Shown here piece by piece: positions 1 through 8,970 of a stretch of DNA of 64,000 nucleotides (position 1 is the stretch's first letter; each line of letters opens with the position of its first letter). The position numbers were made by a program, and so were the translations under genes. The notes below the pieces were generated by a model. It did no database searches. It had not been told where the DNA came from and saw nothing but the letters and a program-made list of their open reading frames with translations. The DNA comes from an uncultured Gammaproteobacteria bacterium (GTDB lineage Bacteria; Patescibacteriota; Microgenomatia; Levybacterales; UBA12049), in the NCBI GenBank assembly GCA_964391315.1, contig CAYMJR010000001.1, forward strand, positions 141,983 to 205,982. Reading direction: 5' to 3'.

Positions 1-104
1 TAATCTCAACTTTTATATCAGATAAGGGAACTTCTGTCATTCCAAATTGTTGCAACATATCTGTTTCTACTATCATTCTTTTCGTTCAAAATTTATTTAT
101 TCGC

Positions 105-1232
105 TTATTTCAGCCCACCTATGACTTTTACTTTTTCCAAAATTTCTTCATTCTCAACGACCTTTCCTGCACCGCGGACTACTGATGTCAATGGATCTTC
201 AGAGACAACAACAGGTAAATGGACTCTTTCGACAATCAATTGATCAAGACCTGAAAGCAGCGCTCCTCCACCTGTCAGAAGAATTCCCTGTTCCAAAATA
301 TCTGGTAAGAGTTCTGGTGGTGTTTCTTCCAGAACATCGGCAATCGCCTGAATAATTTGTGTCACAATCGGTGAAAGCGCTTCACGAACATCAGGTTCGG
401 CAATACGGATACTTCGGGGAAGTCCTGTTTCAATATCCCGTCCCCGGACAATCATCATCTTCTCTCCCCGCTCATTCTCCTCATCACTTCCTTCAACTTT
501 TGATTTTTGCCCTGCGCTTGCTGAACGGGTGACTTTTGACTTCGTTGCATATGCGCTTCCAATCTTAATCTTAATATCTTCAGAGGTCTTCTCACCAATA
601 AGCAAACCGTGACGAAGCCTCAAATAATGCAAAATTGCATCATTCATATCATCACCTGCAAGTTTGAGTGACCGGCCGACAACAATACCCCCAAGTGAAA
701 TAACCGCAATTTCAGTCGTTCCACCGCCGATGTCAACGACCATCACTCCTTTTGACTGAAAAACAGAAATATTTTCTCCAATCGCAGCAGCCATCGGTTC
801 TTCAATCAGATATGCTTCCCGCGCTCCCGCTGTCAACGCGGCCTCCCATACAGCGCGTCTTTCAACTTCAGTTACTGATGATGGAATACCGATAACCACT
901 TTTGGTTTGGCAAGAAGCCTGGGTAATGGATTTCCCAGTTCGTGTACCTGCTTGATGTAATAACGGATCATCGCCTCCGTTGCATCAAAATCAGAAATTA
1001 CTCCTCCACGAAGTGGTCTGATCGTTATTATTGTTGCAGGAGTTTTCCCAAGCATTTTTTTTGCTTCAGAACCAATCGCGATAATTCGTTTTGTCTTTTT
1101 ATGTCGTGCAACAATTGAAGGTTCGCGGATTGCAATACCTTTACTTTTAACAAACACTAACGTATTTGCAGTACCAAGATCAATACCAATATCATAAGAA
1201 AATAAACTGTAAAACTTATTGAATACGTTCAT
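105..1232 (-). CDS. mreB: Rod shape-determining actin MreB (paralogue 1)
   Basis: IGIDLGTANT, EEPMAAAIG, VVDIGGGTTE and LLTGGGALL motifs. Confidence 0.95.
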   Translation of the reverse strand: MNVFNKFYSLFSYDIGIDLGTANTLVFVKSKGIAIREPSIVARHKKTKRIIAIGSEAKKMLGKTPATIITIRPLRGGVISDFDATEAMIRYYIKQVHELGNPLPRLLAKPKVVIGIPSSVTEVERRAVWEAALTAGAREAYLIEEPMAAAIGENISVFQSKGVMVVDIGGGTTEIAVISLGGIVVGRSLKLAGDDMNDAILHYLRLRHGLLIGEKTSEDIKIKIGSAYATKSKVTRSASAGQKSKVEGSDEENERGEKMMIVRGRDIETGLPRSIRIAEPDVREALSPIVTQIIQAIADVLEETPPELLPDILEQGILLTGGGALLSGLDQLIVERVHLPVVVSEDPLTSVVRGAGKVVENEEILEKVKVIGGLK

Positions 1233-1349
1233 ATATCTCTATTGAGGCAGGACTTTACGAGCACCCTCATTCTACCAACTTGCCTCAAGTATGTAAACTA
1301 GTTATGGCTTGTTCAGTATTTATCAATATGATAGGATGAGTAAAGGTTT

Positions 1350-3617
1350 ATGATTTCTTTCTGCAACAACATCATAAAATATTCTATTTACCTTCTTTTC
1401 TTCCTTGTTCCACTTATTTTTGCCGGTAACACTTCAGAACTTTTTGAACTTAATAAAATGTGGATCACTTTTGGACTCACAATTATTGTTGGCGTTGCCT
1501 GGATTACTAAGATGATTCTTGAAAAAAGAGTCTCAATCCAAAGAACACCCCTTGATATTCCGATACTCCTGTTTCTCCTCTCCCAAATCATCTCAACAAT
1601 TTTTTCACTTGATCAACAAGTCTCATTATGGGGATATTACTCGCGATTTAACGGCGGCCTTTTTTCAACAGTCTGTTATGTGTTGTTGTTCTATGCAATT
1701 GCTTCACACTTTTCAGTCAAAAATATCTTTACCCTTTTGAAAGTTACACTTGCAGGCTGCCTTGCAACCGCTTTGTGGGGCTTTCCCTCCCATTTTGGTT
1801 ACGATCCTACCTGTCTTGTTTTCCGAGGAACGTTAGATACAAATTGTTGGACATATCAGTTCCAACCAACTGTCCGTGTTTTCTCAACGCTCGGGCAGCC
1901 GGCATGGTTTGCAGCCTATCTTGCCGCACTGATTCCGATTGTTATCGCCTATACATTAAACTGCTATAAAAACACCACAAAATATTGGCTCTATCTTATT
2001 TTTGCTGCTCTTTTATATCTTGACCTTATTTTTGCACATACGAGAGCAGGATCTATAGGATTTGTTCTTGTTTACGTTATCTTTTGGATATTCGTTTTTG
2101 TCCAAAAGATTTTCACTTTTAAAATTTTTCTTCGTAATTTTATTATCATTAATATATTTTTACTTCTCTCAAACTTCTTTTTTGGGTTTCCTGTCGATAA
2201 TCTTAACACCTTCACTTTTTCCGGATTAACAAATCATTTCTCACAACACCAATCTGCTCCTCCTGCACCAGCTGCTCTTCAGCCATCTACCACTCCGTCT
2301 TCAAAAGCGCCACAACCAACACTAGAAACCGGTATTACCGATTCCGGCATTATCCGAGAATTTGTTTGGAAAGGAGCAATTGATGCATGGAAATCAAGTC
2401 CGCTTTTTGGAACTGGAGTTGAGACCTATGCTTTCGCCTATTACAAATTCCGACCTGCAGGGCACAACATGACATCAGAATGGGATTATCTTTACAATAA
2501 AGCTCACAATGAATATCTTAATTATTTAGCAACAACAGGACTATTTGGTTTAGGAACCTATCTTGCCTTCATTTTTATCTTTATTTTTTTGGTTCTCAAA
2601 CCTATTACAAAGTCTTTGTTCAAAGGATCTACTTTTGTACTTGCCCGCTATAACAGTGAAGTAATGAAAGATCCAAAGAGTATAAAAACAGAATTATTGA
2701 CAATAGGTATCTTTACTGGTTGGCTTTCAATTCTCATTACGAATTTCTTTGGATTTTCAGTTGTTATCATGAATCTCTTTCTCTTTCTTATGCCCCTTTT
2801 CATTTTTATTCTCAACGATATGCTTCCCGAAAAGACATTTTCATTCGGCGCCGAGACTTCTGAATCCCCTCAGACAAACCCTTACCAATGGACAGTTATT
2901 GCCCTCATTACAATTATTGCAGGATGGATGATTGTCGGTCTTGCAAGATATTGGGATGCTGATACCAAATATGCTCTCGGCATGAACCTTGATGGTGTCG
3001 GAAGTTACCAGCAAGCATATCCACTTCTTTTACAAGCAGCAATGATCGAACCAAACGAACCAGTGTATAAAGATGAACTTGCGATTAATACCTCAGTTCT
3101 TGCAACAGCACTTGCAGTACAAAAAGACCAAACCAGCGCAAATCAATTTATGAACAACGCCATTAAATTAAGTGATGATGTCGTCACAAGTCACCCAAAC
3201 AATGTCGTCTATTGGAAAAACCGTGTCAGAATTTTCTACACACTTGCTCAAGCTGCTGACCCACAACAACAGCTTGCTTACTTTCAGGAAGCCCTGAAGG
3301 CTATCCAGACAGCACATGACCTTGCACCAACTGATGCAAAGATTTCCTACAATCTTGGTGTTCTTTACGGACAGACAGGAAACATCCAACAAGGGATAGG
3401 AATACTGCAAGATACAATTAAATTAAAGCCGGATTATCGTGACCCATATTTCGCGCTTGGCCTTTTCTACCACCAATTAGCACTTAATCAAAATAATTAT
3501 GTCGTAAATCCTGCGATGCAACAAAAAGCAGTTGATACATATAAATATATCCTCACGAATCTTAATCCAAACGACCAAGAAGTCAAAAAAAGTCTTAAAG
3601 ACTGGGGCGTGAAATAA
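1350..3617 (+). CDS. O-antigen ligase/oligosaccharyltransferase (Wzy_C) family membrane protein with C-terminal TPRs
   Basis: Many TM helices; STLGQP, TRAG, R..VW, GTG.ETY and AHNEYL motifs; TPR-like helical C-terminus. Confidence 0.8.
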   Translation: MISFCNNIIKYSIYLLFFLVPLIFAGNTSELFELNKMWITFGLTIIVGVAWITKMILEKRVSIQRTPLDIPILLFLLSQIISTIFSLDQQVSLWGYYSRFNGGLFSTVCYVLLFYAIASHFSVKNIFTLLKVTLAGCLATALWGFPSHFGYDPTCLVFRGTLDTNCWTYQFQPTVRVFSTLGQPAWFAAYLAALIPIVIAYTLNCYKNTTKYWLYLIFAALLYLDLIFAHTRAGSIGFVLVYVIFWIFVFVQKIFTFKIFLRNFIIINIFLLLSNFFFGFPVDNLNTFTFSGLTNHFSQHQSAPPAPAALQPSTTPSSKAPQPTLETGITDSGIIREFVWKGAIDAWKSSPLFGTGVETYAFAYYKFRPAGHNMTSEWDYLYNKAHNEYLNYLATTGLFGLGTYLAFIFIFIFLVLKPITKSLFKGSTFVLARYNSEVMKDPKSIKTELLTIGIFTGWLSILITNFFGFSVVIMNLFLFLMPLFIFILNDMLPEKTFSFGAETSESPQTNPYQWTVIALITIIAGWMIVGLARYWDADTKYALGMNLDGVGSYQQAYPLLLQAAMIEPNEPVYKDELAINTSVLATALAVQKDQTSANQFMNNAIKLSDDVVTSHPNNVVYWKNRVRIFYTLAQAADPQQQLAYFQEALKAIQTAHDLAPTDAKISYNLGVLYGQTGNIQQGIGILQDTIKLKPDYRDPYFALGLFYHQLALNQNNYVVNPAMQQKAVDTYKYILTNLNPNDQEVKKSLKDWGVK

Positions 3618-3660
3618 TCTTTAAATTCTTATTCTCCTATAGTATAATACTGTCTCAGCT

Positions 3661-4224
3661 ATGATGAAAATTGTTCAAGCACCAGAAAGAGTTCTTGCCG
3701 AAAAAGCAAAAGAAGTGACTATTATCGATAAGTCTGTTAAAAACCTCCTGAAAGAAATGGAGGTCACCCTTGCAAGTGCATCAGACCCTGAAGGAGTTGG
3801 CTTAGCAGCCCCACAAGTGGGAAAATCATTACAAATCTTTATTGTCCGTGAGACACCAAATGCTCCTCTCCTCACAATTATTAATCCAAAAATTGAAAAA
3901 TTCTTTGATGAACCCAAAAAGTCCCGTAAAGAACGAACCGAAGAAAATAAGAAAAAGGGCGTCCAATTGGAAGGTTGTCTTTCCCTCAAAGATATCTGGG
4001 GCGTTGTCAAAAGACATTATGGTGTCGAACTCTCCTATCTTGATGAACATGGTGAAAAACATACTCAGAAATTCACCGGATTTCTTGCAACCATCATGCA
4101 GCATGAATATGATCATCTCCAAGGATTTCTTTTTACCAAACGCGTACTCGAACAGAAGAACACGCTCTACCGTTCTATCAAAAATGCAAAAGGTGAAATA
4201 GAATTTGAAGAAATTTCGCTATAA
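3661..4224 (+). CDS. def: Peptide deformylase
   Basis: GVGLAAPQVG, EGCLS, QHEYDHLQG. Confidence 0.95.
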   Translation: MMKIVQAPERVLAEKAKEVTIIDKSVKNLLKEMEVTLASASDPEGVGLAAPQVGKSLQIFIVRETPNAPLLTIINPKIEKFFDEPKKSRKERTEENKKKGVQLEGCLSLKDIWGVVKRHYGVELSYLDEHGEKHTQKFTGFLATIMQHEYDHLQGFLFTKRVLEQKNTLYRSIKNAKGEIEFEEISL

Positions 4225-4233
4225 TAAAACTAC

Positions 4234-5076
4234 ATGAACATCATCTTTTTCGGTAACACCAAATACTCCCTGATCGGTGCCCAAACTATCCATAACCAAC
4301 TTGGAATCTCCCACATCGTTACCATTCCTGATCGTCCTGATAAACGCGGACGCATGCAAGAAAGTCCACTCAAAACCTTTGGTAAGGACAATAATATATC
4401 TGTCATTGAAGTCAACAAAATAACTGATGAAACGATTGAACAAATTGCAGCACTCAAACCAGATTTTTTTGTGGTTGAAGATTATGGTTTGATTCTACCG
4501 GAAAAACTTTTGGAAATTCCAAAAATCGCAGCGCTTAATATCCACCATTCCCTACTTCCTAAATATCGTGGTTCCTCTCCTGCTCCAACAGCACTTTTGA
4601 ATGGCGACAAAGTAACAGGAGTCAGTGTTATCAAAATGACAGCAAAGCTTGATGCTGGAGATATCCTCGGACAAAAAGAATATGAAATAAAACGAGATGA
4701 CACAACTGAATCTTTGTTAACGGTACTTAACCAACTTGGTGGCGAATTAATCGTCCCTCTTCTTAAAGATTATGCAAACATCAAAGCAGTACCGCAAGAT
4801 GAATCACAAGTAGTCTTTACCAAAATGATGAAAAAAGAAAATGGCTACATTGATGTAAATACTCCTCCTCAATTAGAAAAACTTGACCGAATGATCCGTG
4901 CGTATTATCCCTGGCCGACTGTATGGACAAAAATGACAATCAACGGGCAGGAAAAGATTGTCAAATTCTTACCAGGCAACAAACTGCAGGTTGAAGGCAA
5001 AAATCCAATGACTGTAAAGGATTTTATCAACGGTTATCCTCATCTACAATCAACCCTCACTCGTTTAGGATACTAA
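4234..5076 (+). CDS. fmt: Methionyl-tRNA formyltransferase
   Basis: NIHHSLLPKYRG, LDAGDI, RAYYPWP; directly follows def. Confidence 0.92.
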   Translation: MNIIFFGNTKYSLIGAQTIHNQLGISHIVTIPDRPDKRGRMQESPLKTFGKDNNISVIEVNKITDETIEQIAALKPDFFVVEDYGLILPEKLLEIPKIAALNIHHSLLPKYRGSSPAPTALLNGDKVTGVSVIKMTAKLDAGDILGQKEYEIKRDDTTESLLTVLNQLGGELIVPLLKDYANIKAVPQDESQVVFTKMMKKENGYIDVNTPPQLEKLDRMIRAYYPWPTVWTKMTINGQEKIVKFLPGNKLQVEGKNPMTVKDFINGYPHLQSTLTRLGY

Positions 5077-5082
5077 ATTTAA

Positions 5083-5178
5083 ATTGAATCTTCAGAATTG
5101 GGTAAAGGCACGACCTTCTCAATCACTCTGCCGACAACAAAAAAACAAATGAGTATTCCCGCATCTACACAAAGTTAG
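5083..5178 (+). pseudogene. Remnant C-terminus of a sensor histidine kinase (HATPase_c)
   Basis: Frame reads IESSELGKGTTFSITLP (G2-box pattern); preceded by an in-frame TAA, no start codon. Confidence 0.6.
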
Positions 5179-5183
5179 AAGTA

Positions 5184-5432
5184 TTAAGCTGTAGCAACTT
5201 CTGGGGTTTGCGTAACTTCTACTGTCTGTTTGGAAGCAACAGCATCTGCAGCAGCCTGCTTGAACATACGAAGACATTTTACGCACAATTTCATACGGAC
5301 ATAGTTGCCATCAATAAGAATTCTTGCTGTATGCAAGTTTGGTTTGAAGATTTTTCGGGTTCGACGCTTTGAGTGAGACACATTGTGTCCATACATAACA
5401 CCTTTACCGCAATTAGCACATTTCATTCCCAT
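5184..5432 (-). CDS. rpmB: 50S ribosomal protein L28
   Basis: CANCGK..GHNVSHSKRRTRKIFKPNL..CVKC. Confidence 0.95.
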   Translation of the reverse strand: MGMKCANCGKGVMYGHNVSHSKRRTRKIFKPNLHTARILIDGNYVRMKLCVKCLRMFKQAAADAVASKQTVEVTQTPEVATA

Positions 5433-5514
5433 AGACTTTTTCCTTTCCTGCTAGTATACTAAAAACCAAGCTAAAATTCAAATAGCAAAGCTAACTCAAG
5501 AAAAATGAACCACT

Positions 5515-6165
5515 ATGGAAATCTTAGGCGCTATCATTAGTCTCGGTATCTTACTTTACTCAGCAATTCTTCATGAAATCGCCCATGGATTTGTCGCCTA
5601 CCGCCTTGGTGATCCAACAGCTAAACTCCGTGGTCGTCTGACGCTCAATCCCAAAAGTCATATTGACCTCTACATGAGTATTCTTTTACCACTGTTACTT
5701 TTTGTTGGATCTGGTGGACGATTTATTTTCGGTGGTGCCAAACCAGTGCCTGTTGATCCTTTTAACCTAAGAGACGGTAGAAAAGATCTTGCTTTGGTCT
5801 CACTCGTTGGTCCGCTTACCAATATCATTCTTGCGATTGTTGGAAGTATCCTGATTCACATTTTCTATCCAGGAATGCAATTTACAGAGGTTCTTAACAG
5901 TGGCATTATCGGATTTATTCTGGCAGAGACTGTCTATCTTAATCTTTTACTTGGTATTTTTAACTTGGTACCCATCCCTCCACTTGATGGCTCCAAAGTT
6001 TTTGCCCTCATTTTGCCGCCAAAAGAAGCAGCTGCATACATGTCTCTGGGGAATTTTGGACTACTGTTTCTTGTCTTCTTATTATTTTTCCCACTCGGAG
6101 GTTTTTCACTTATGGGTTTGGTAACCAGCATTATCTCCTTCTCCCTCAACCTCCTAGGTTTGTAA
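5515..6165 (+). CDS. Site-2 protease (peptidase M50)
   Basis: HEIAH and NLVPIPPLDG motifs; hydrophobic. Confidence 0.92.
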   Translation: MEILGAIISLGILLYSAILHEIAHGFVAYRLGDPTAKLRGRLTLNPKSHIDLYMSILLPLLLFVGSGGRFIFGGAKPVPVDPFNLRDGRKDLALVSLVGPLTNIILAIVGSILIHIFYPGMQFTEVLNSGIIGFILAETVYLNLLLGIFNLVPIPPLDGSKVFALILPPKEAAAYMSLGNFGLLFLVFLLFFPLGGFSLMGLVTSIISFSLNLLGL

Positions 6166-6195
6166 AAAAACCCTTTTTCCCGAATTGTCAAGGAA

Positions 6196-6224
6196 TTGAC
6201 ATTCGTTTCTTACAGTTTTATACT
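6196..6224 (+). promoter_or_regulatory. Sigma70-type promoter
   Basis: TTGACA-17 nt-TATACT. Confidence 0.75.
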
Positions 6225-6230
6225 AACTTA

Positions 6231-6409
6231 GCTCTTTGATATTGGTTATTGGTTGTAGAATTTTTTCTCTACAAATTCATAAATCCTGAGGTACTACCCT
6301 GCGATTCGTGGAGGTAGAACGAGACGAATTTTGTTCGTCCGAGGACGAATAAAGAGTCTTCCTATATATAGGTCGGGGAAAAAAGCAACTAATTCCGTAT
6401 CTAAAGAGC
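6231..6409 (+). ncRNA. Candidate 6S-like structured RNA (~180 nt)
   Basis: Starts at predicted TSS; GCTCTTT/AAAGAGC, GATA/TATC, ATTGGTTG/CAACTAAT and TTTTTTCTC/GGGGAAAAAA form a long closing stem, then an A-rich bubble and a branched TCCT..AGGA domain; terminator downstream. Confidence 0.5.
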
Positions 6410-6435
6410 AGAACTTATTTTTCACTTGGAATCCA

Positions 6436-6471
6436 AACCATACACGCCATGCGCGTGCTATGGTTGTTTTT
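6436..6471 (+). terminator. Probable intrinsic terminator
   Basis: AACCATA-CACGC..GCGTG-C-TATGGTT hairpin followed by GTTTTT. Confidence 0.55.
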
Positions 6472-6532
6472 ATATTGGGGTTGTTTCAGGTTCCACTGTT
6501 TGGTAAAATTACTGGTGGGATATTTGTATCTC

Positions 6533-6604
6533 GCCGACATAGCTCAGTGGTAGAGCAGTGCTTTTGTAAAGCAAAGGTCGTGGGTTCAAATCCCTCTGTC
6601 GGCT
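6533..6604 (+). tRNA. tRNA-Thr(TGT)
   Basis: Acceptor GCCGACA/TGTCGGC, anticodon loop TTTGTAA, T-loop TTCAAAT; CCA not encoded. Confidence 0.92.
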
Positions 6605-6730
6605 CAAGATATTTTTATGACTACCTGCCTAACATGTCATAATAAGTTACTAAGACCTTCTTATAAATATTGTTCTAATAAATGTCAGAAGGATCACGAA
6701 TACAAAAAGTATATTAAAAATAATTCAAAA

Positions 6731-6817
6731 GCTGGATTGGCGGAGTAGTCAATCGCACCTCGCTGTAGACGAGGCGGCCGTCGGCCTACGGGAGTGCAAA
6801 TCTCTCATCCAGCACCA
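6731..6817 (+). tRNA. tRNA-Tyr(GTA)
   Basis: Acceptor GCTGGAT/ATCCAGC, CCTCG-CTGTAGA-CGAGG anticodon arm, long variable arm, ACCA end. Confidence 0.9.
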
Positions 6818-6819
6818 AT

Positions 6820-6894
6820 GCCCAAATGGCTCAGTGGTAGAGCGAGTTCTTGGTAAGAACTAGGCCGTGGGTCCGATTCCCACTTTGGGCTCCA
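6820..6894 (+). tRNA. tRNA-Thr(GGT)
   Basis: Acceptor GCCCAAA/TTTGGGC, AGTTC-TTGGTAA-GAACT anticodon arm, TCCA end. Confidence 0.92.
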
Positions 6895-6961
6895 AGAACT
6901 TCACAACAAATAAACTAACTCTTCACTTCACGCTCATGATATGGTAAAATAGGAAAATCTT

Positions 6962-7138
6962 ATGGCAAAAAAGGGCGAACATCGTATTACATTAGGTCTT
7001 GTCTGTTCTGTTTGTAAAAACAGAAATTATGTCACGACCAAAAATAAAATGGAAACTCCTGAGAAATTAAAGCTCAACAAATTCTGCAAACACTGCAGAA
7101 AGGTAACAGAACACAAAGAAGTTGAGAAACTCAAATAA
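6962..7138 (+). CDS. rpmG: 50S ribosomal protein L33 (58 aa, Zn-ribbon type; not in ORF track)
   Basis: [29 protein letters not shown]...[16 protein letters not shown]. Confidence 0.95.
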   Translation: MAKKGEHRITLGLVCSVCKNRNYVTTKNKMETPEKLKLNKFCKHCRKVTEHKEVEKLK

Positions 7139-7167
7139 TCTCCTCTTTTCCCTGCTATACTAGATAA

Positions 7168-8067
7168 ATGAATTTATCCCAATCACGCCAAGGAGAGTTA
7201 TACATTTTTGGTGAAACCTTCCTCTGGTCACTTTTTCCCGTCATAACAGTTCTCTCTTATAACACCCTTCCAGCGCTTATTTCTTTACTTCTTAGCACAT
7301 TCTTTTCTCTCTTCTTTTTTGGAGTTCTTATCGCAAAAAGAAATCTCTGGCATGAGATTGGGAATAAAAAGGCCTACAAAGATATTATGCTTACTACCTT
7401 ATTCCTTGGCATTATCTATTACCTGCTTGTCTTTGTTGGACTGCAATACACACGTCCTGGCAATGCCGCGATTATTGGTCTGACCCAAGGCTTTTTCAGT
7501 TTTCTGTTCTTTCATGTCTTCAGACGGGAGCATATTCCGTCAGCGCATATTTTTGGAGGACTATTTATGATCTGTGGAGCAATCATTGTGCTTGCGTCCA
7601 GTTTTCATGCAATCCATCCGGGAGATCTTCTAATCCTTCTTGCGAATGCGATAGCGCCATTTGGTAACTTTTACGCACAAAAAGCCCGTAAATATGTCGC
7701 CAGTGAGATCATTATGTTTATCAGAAGTATTCTCAGTTCAATCGTTATTTTTTCCCTTGCTTTAATTGTCCATACGCCAATCTCCCTTCCAGCAATCAAC
7801 AGCTCACTTCCCTTTCTCCTTATCAATGGCATCCTGCTTCTGGGTTTGTCAAAAATTCTCTGGATTGAAGGCATTCACCGAATAAGTGTTACCAAAGCCA
7901 ATGCGTTAACTAGTGTAGAACCTCTATTGACGCTGTCTTTTGCTTGGCTACTGTTGCAACAAGCTCCAACACCATGGCAGCTCCTCTCACTCATTCCAAT
8001 TTGTGCCGGGGTACTATTATTGAGTAGAAATAATATCAAACCTCAAATCACCCCAGTAGCGGATTAA
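7168..8067 (+). CDS. EamA/DMT family transporter
   Basis: About 10 TM helices in two repeats; GLQYT..GNAA, GDLLIL, EPL motifs. Confidence 0.85.
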   Translation: MNLSQSRQGELYIFGETFLWSLFPVITVLSYNTLPALISLLLSTFFSLFFFGVLIAKRNLWHEIGNKKAYKDIMLTTLFLGIIYYLLVFVGLQYTRPGNAAIIGLTQGFFSFLFFHVFRREHIPSAHIFGGLFMICGAIIVLASSFHAIHPGDLLILLANAIAPFGNFYAQKARKYVASEIIMFIRSILSSIVIFSLALIVHTPISLPAINSSLPFLLINGILLLGLSKILWIEGIHRISVTKANALTSVEPLLTLSFAWLLLQQAPTPWQLLSLIPICAGVLLLSRNNIKPQITPVAD

Positions 8068-8148
8068 ACTCTCCTGCAGTAATAAATTAAATTGCAAAAG
8101 AAGTCTTCGCAAGATATAATGCTTGTACACTCAATTCAAACTAAATCT

Positions 8149-8219
8149 AGGGGCATCGGTTAACGGTAAACCAGCGGTCTCCAAAACCGCGACTGGGGGT
8201 TCGATTCCCTCTGCCCCTG
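8149..8219 (+). tRNA. tRNA-Trp(CCA)
   Basis: Acceptor AGGGGCA/TGCCCCT, GCGGT-CTCCAAA-ACCGC anticodon arm, TTCGATT T-loop. Confidence 0.93.
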
Positions 8220-8305
8220 CTGCACTCCCTAGCCTCAAATTGTGATTTTCCTCAAGCACAAATTTTATATACCCGCAGAGTGATTCGAACCTAACTCCTA
8301 TAAAT

Positions 8306-8337
8306 AAAAAAACTCCGCCTATGAAGACGGAGTTTTT
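8306..8337. terminator. Bidirectional intrinsic terminator downstream of hsp20
   Basis: AAAAAAACTCCG..CGGAGTTTTT. Confidence 0.75.
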
Positions 8338-8356
8338 AATTTGAAAGAGTTATTTG

Positions 8357-8794
8357 TTATTTTTCGCTACCTGATTCTAATTGGATCTGAATCTTTTTAG
8401 GCTGCGATTTTGGAGACTTCGCAAAAGCAACTGTCATGATACCGTGCTTATAAGTTGCCGAAGGATCAACAGTTGTATCAATATCTCCAGGCACAGCTAC
8501 TCGATAGGAGAAAGATTTTGTTGCTTCTCTATAATATTTCCTATTCTTGTCTTTATCTTCCTCTCTTATTTCACCTCTGATCCAGAGATACCCATCTTGG
8601 GTGGTAATCTCTACATTTTTTGGATCAATACCCGGTAGAGCAGCCTCAATGTATACTTTTTTATCGTCCTCTGATACAGAGAGTCCACTTGGGCTACTTG
8701 GTGCAGTTAGCCAATCATCATCTTCATTCCAGATGGATGGCATTTGTATTGATGGAAATGTAAAAAAATTTCTGGGAATGAGATCGTATGCCAT
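8357..8794 (-). CDS. Small heat shock protein (Hsp20/alpha-crystallin)
   Basis: EAALPGIDP..VEI, SFSYRVAVP, ATYKHGIMTV; strong SD AAGGAGGTGA before ATG at 8794. Confidence 0.9.
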   Translation of the reverse strand: MAYDLIPRNFFTFPSIQMPSIWNEDDDWLTAPSSPSGLSVSEDDKKVYIEAALPGIDPKNVEITTQDGYLWIRGEIREEDKDKNRKYYREATKSFSYRVAVPGDIDTTVDPSATYKHGIMTVAFAKSPKSQPKKIQIQLESGSEK

Positions 8795-8827
8795 TTTGCT
8801 CACCTCCTTCCTTAAAAAATCTTTATA

Positions 8828-8854
8828 TTAGCAATAATATACTACGAGTGCTAA
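8828..8854 (-). promoter_or_regulatory. CIRCE operator (HrcA site) overlapping hsp20 promoter
   Basis: Minus strand TTAGCACTC-N9-TATTGCTAA; TTGACA at 8865-8860. Confidence 0.85.
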
Positions 8855-8900
8855 TTCTTTGTCAAGAGGAATTTTTCCTTAGTTTATTAAAGATTGAAAT

Positions 8901-8930
8901 AATACGTTCCAACAAAGTTGCTTAGCCCCT
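8901..8930 (+). repeat. Cassette-boundary direct repeat, copy 1
   Basis: AATACGTTCCAACAAAGTTGCT identical at 9418-9439; 23/30 match at 10591-10620. Confidence 0.8.
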
Positions 8931-8970
8931 GCTGCACAGACTCGAACCTCTTTGGTATAATTCTTCTACT

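Noticed and set aside
6331-6642. 103-aa ORF
   Set aside because: Overlaps tRNA-Thr and the structured RNA; no protein motif
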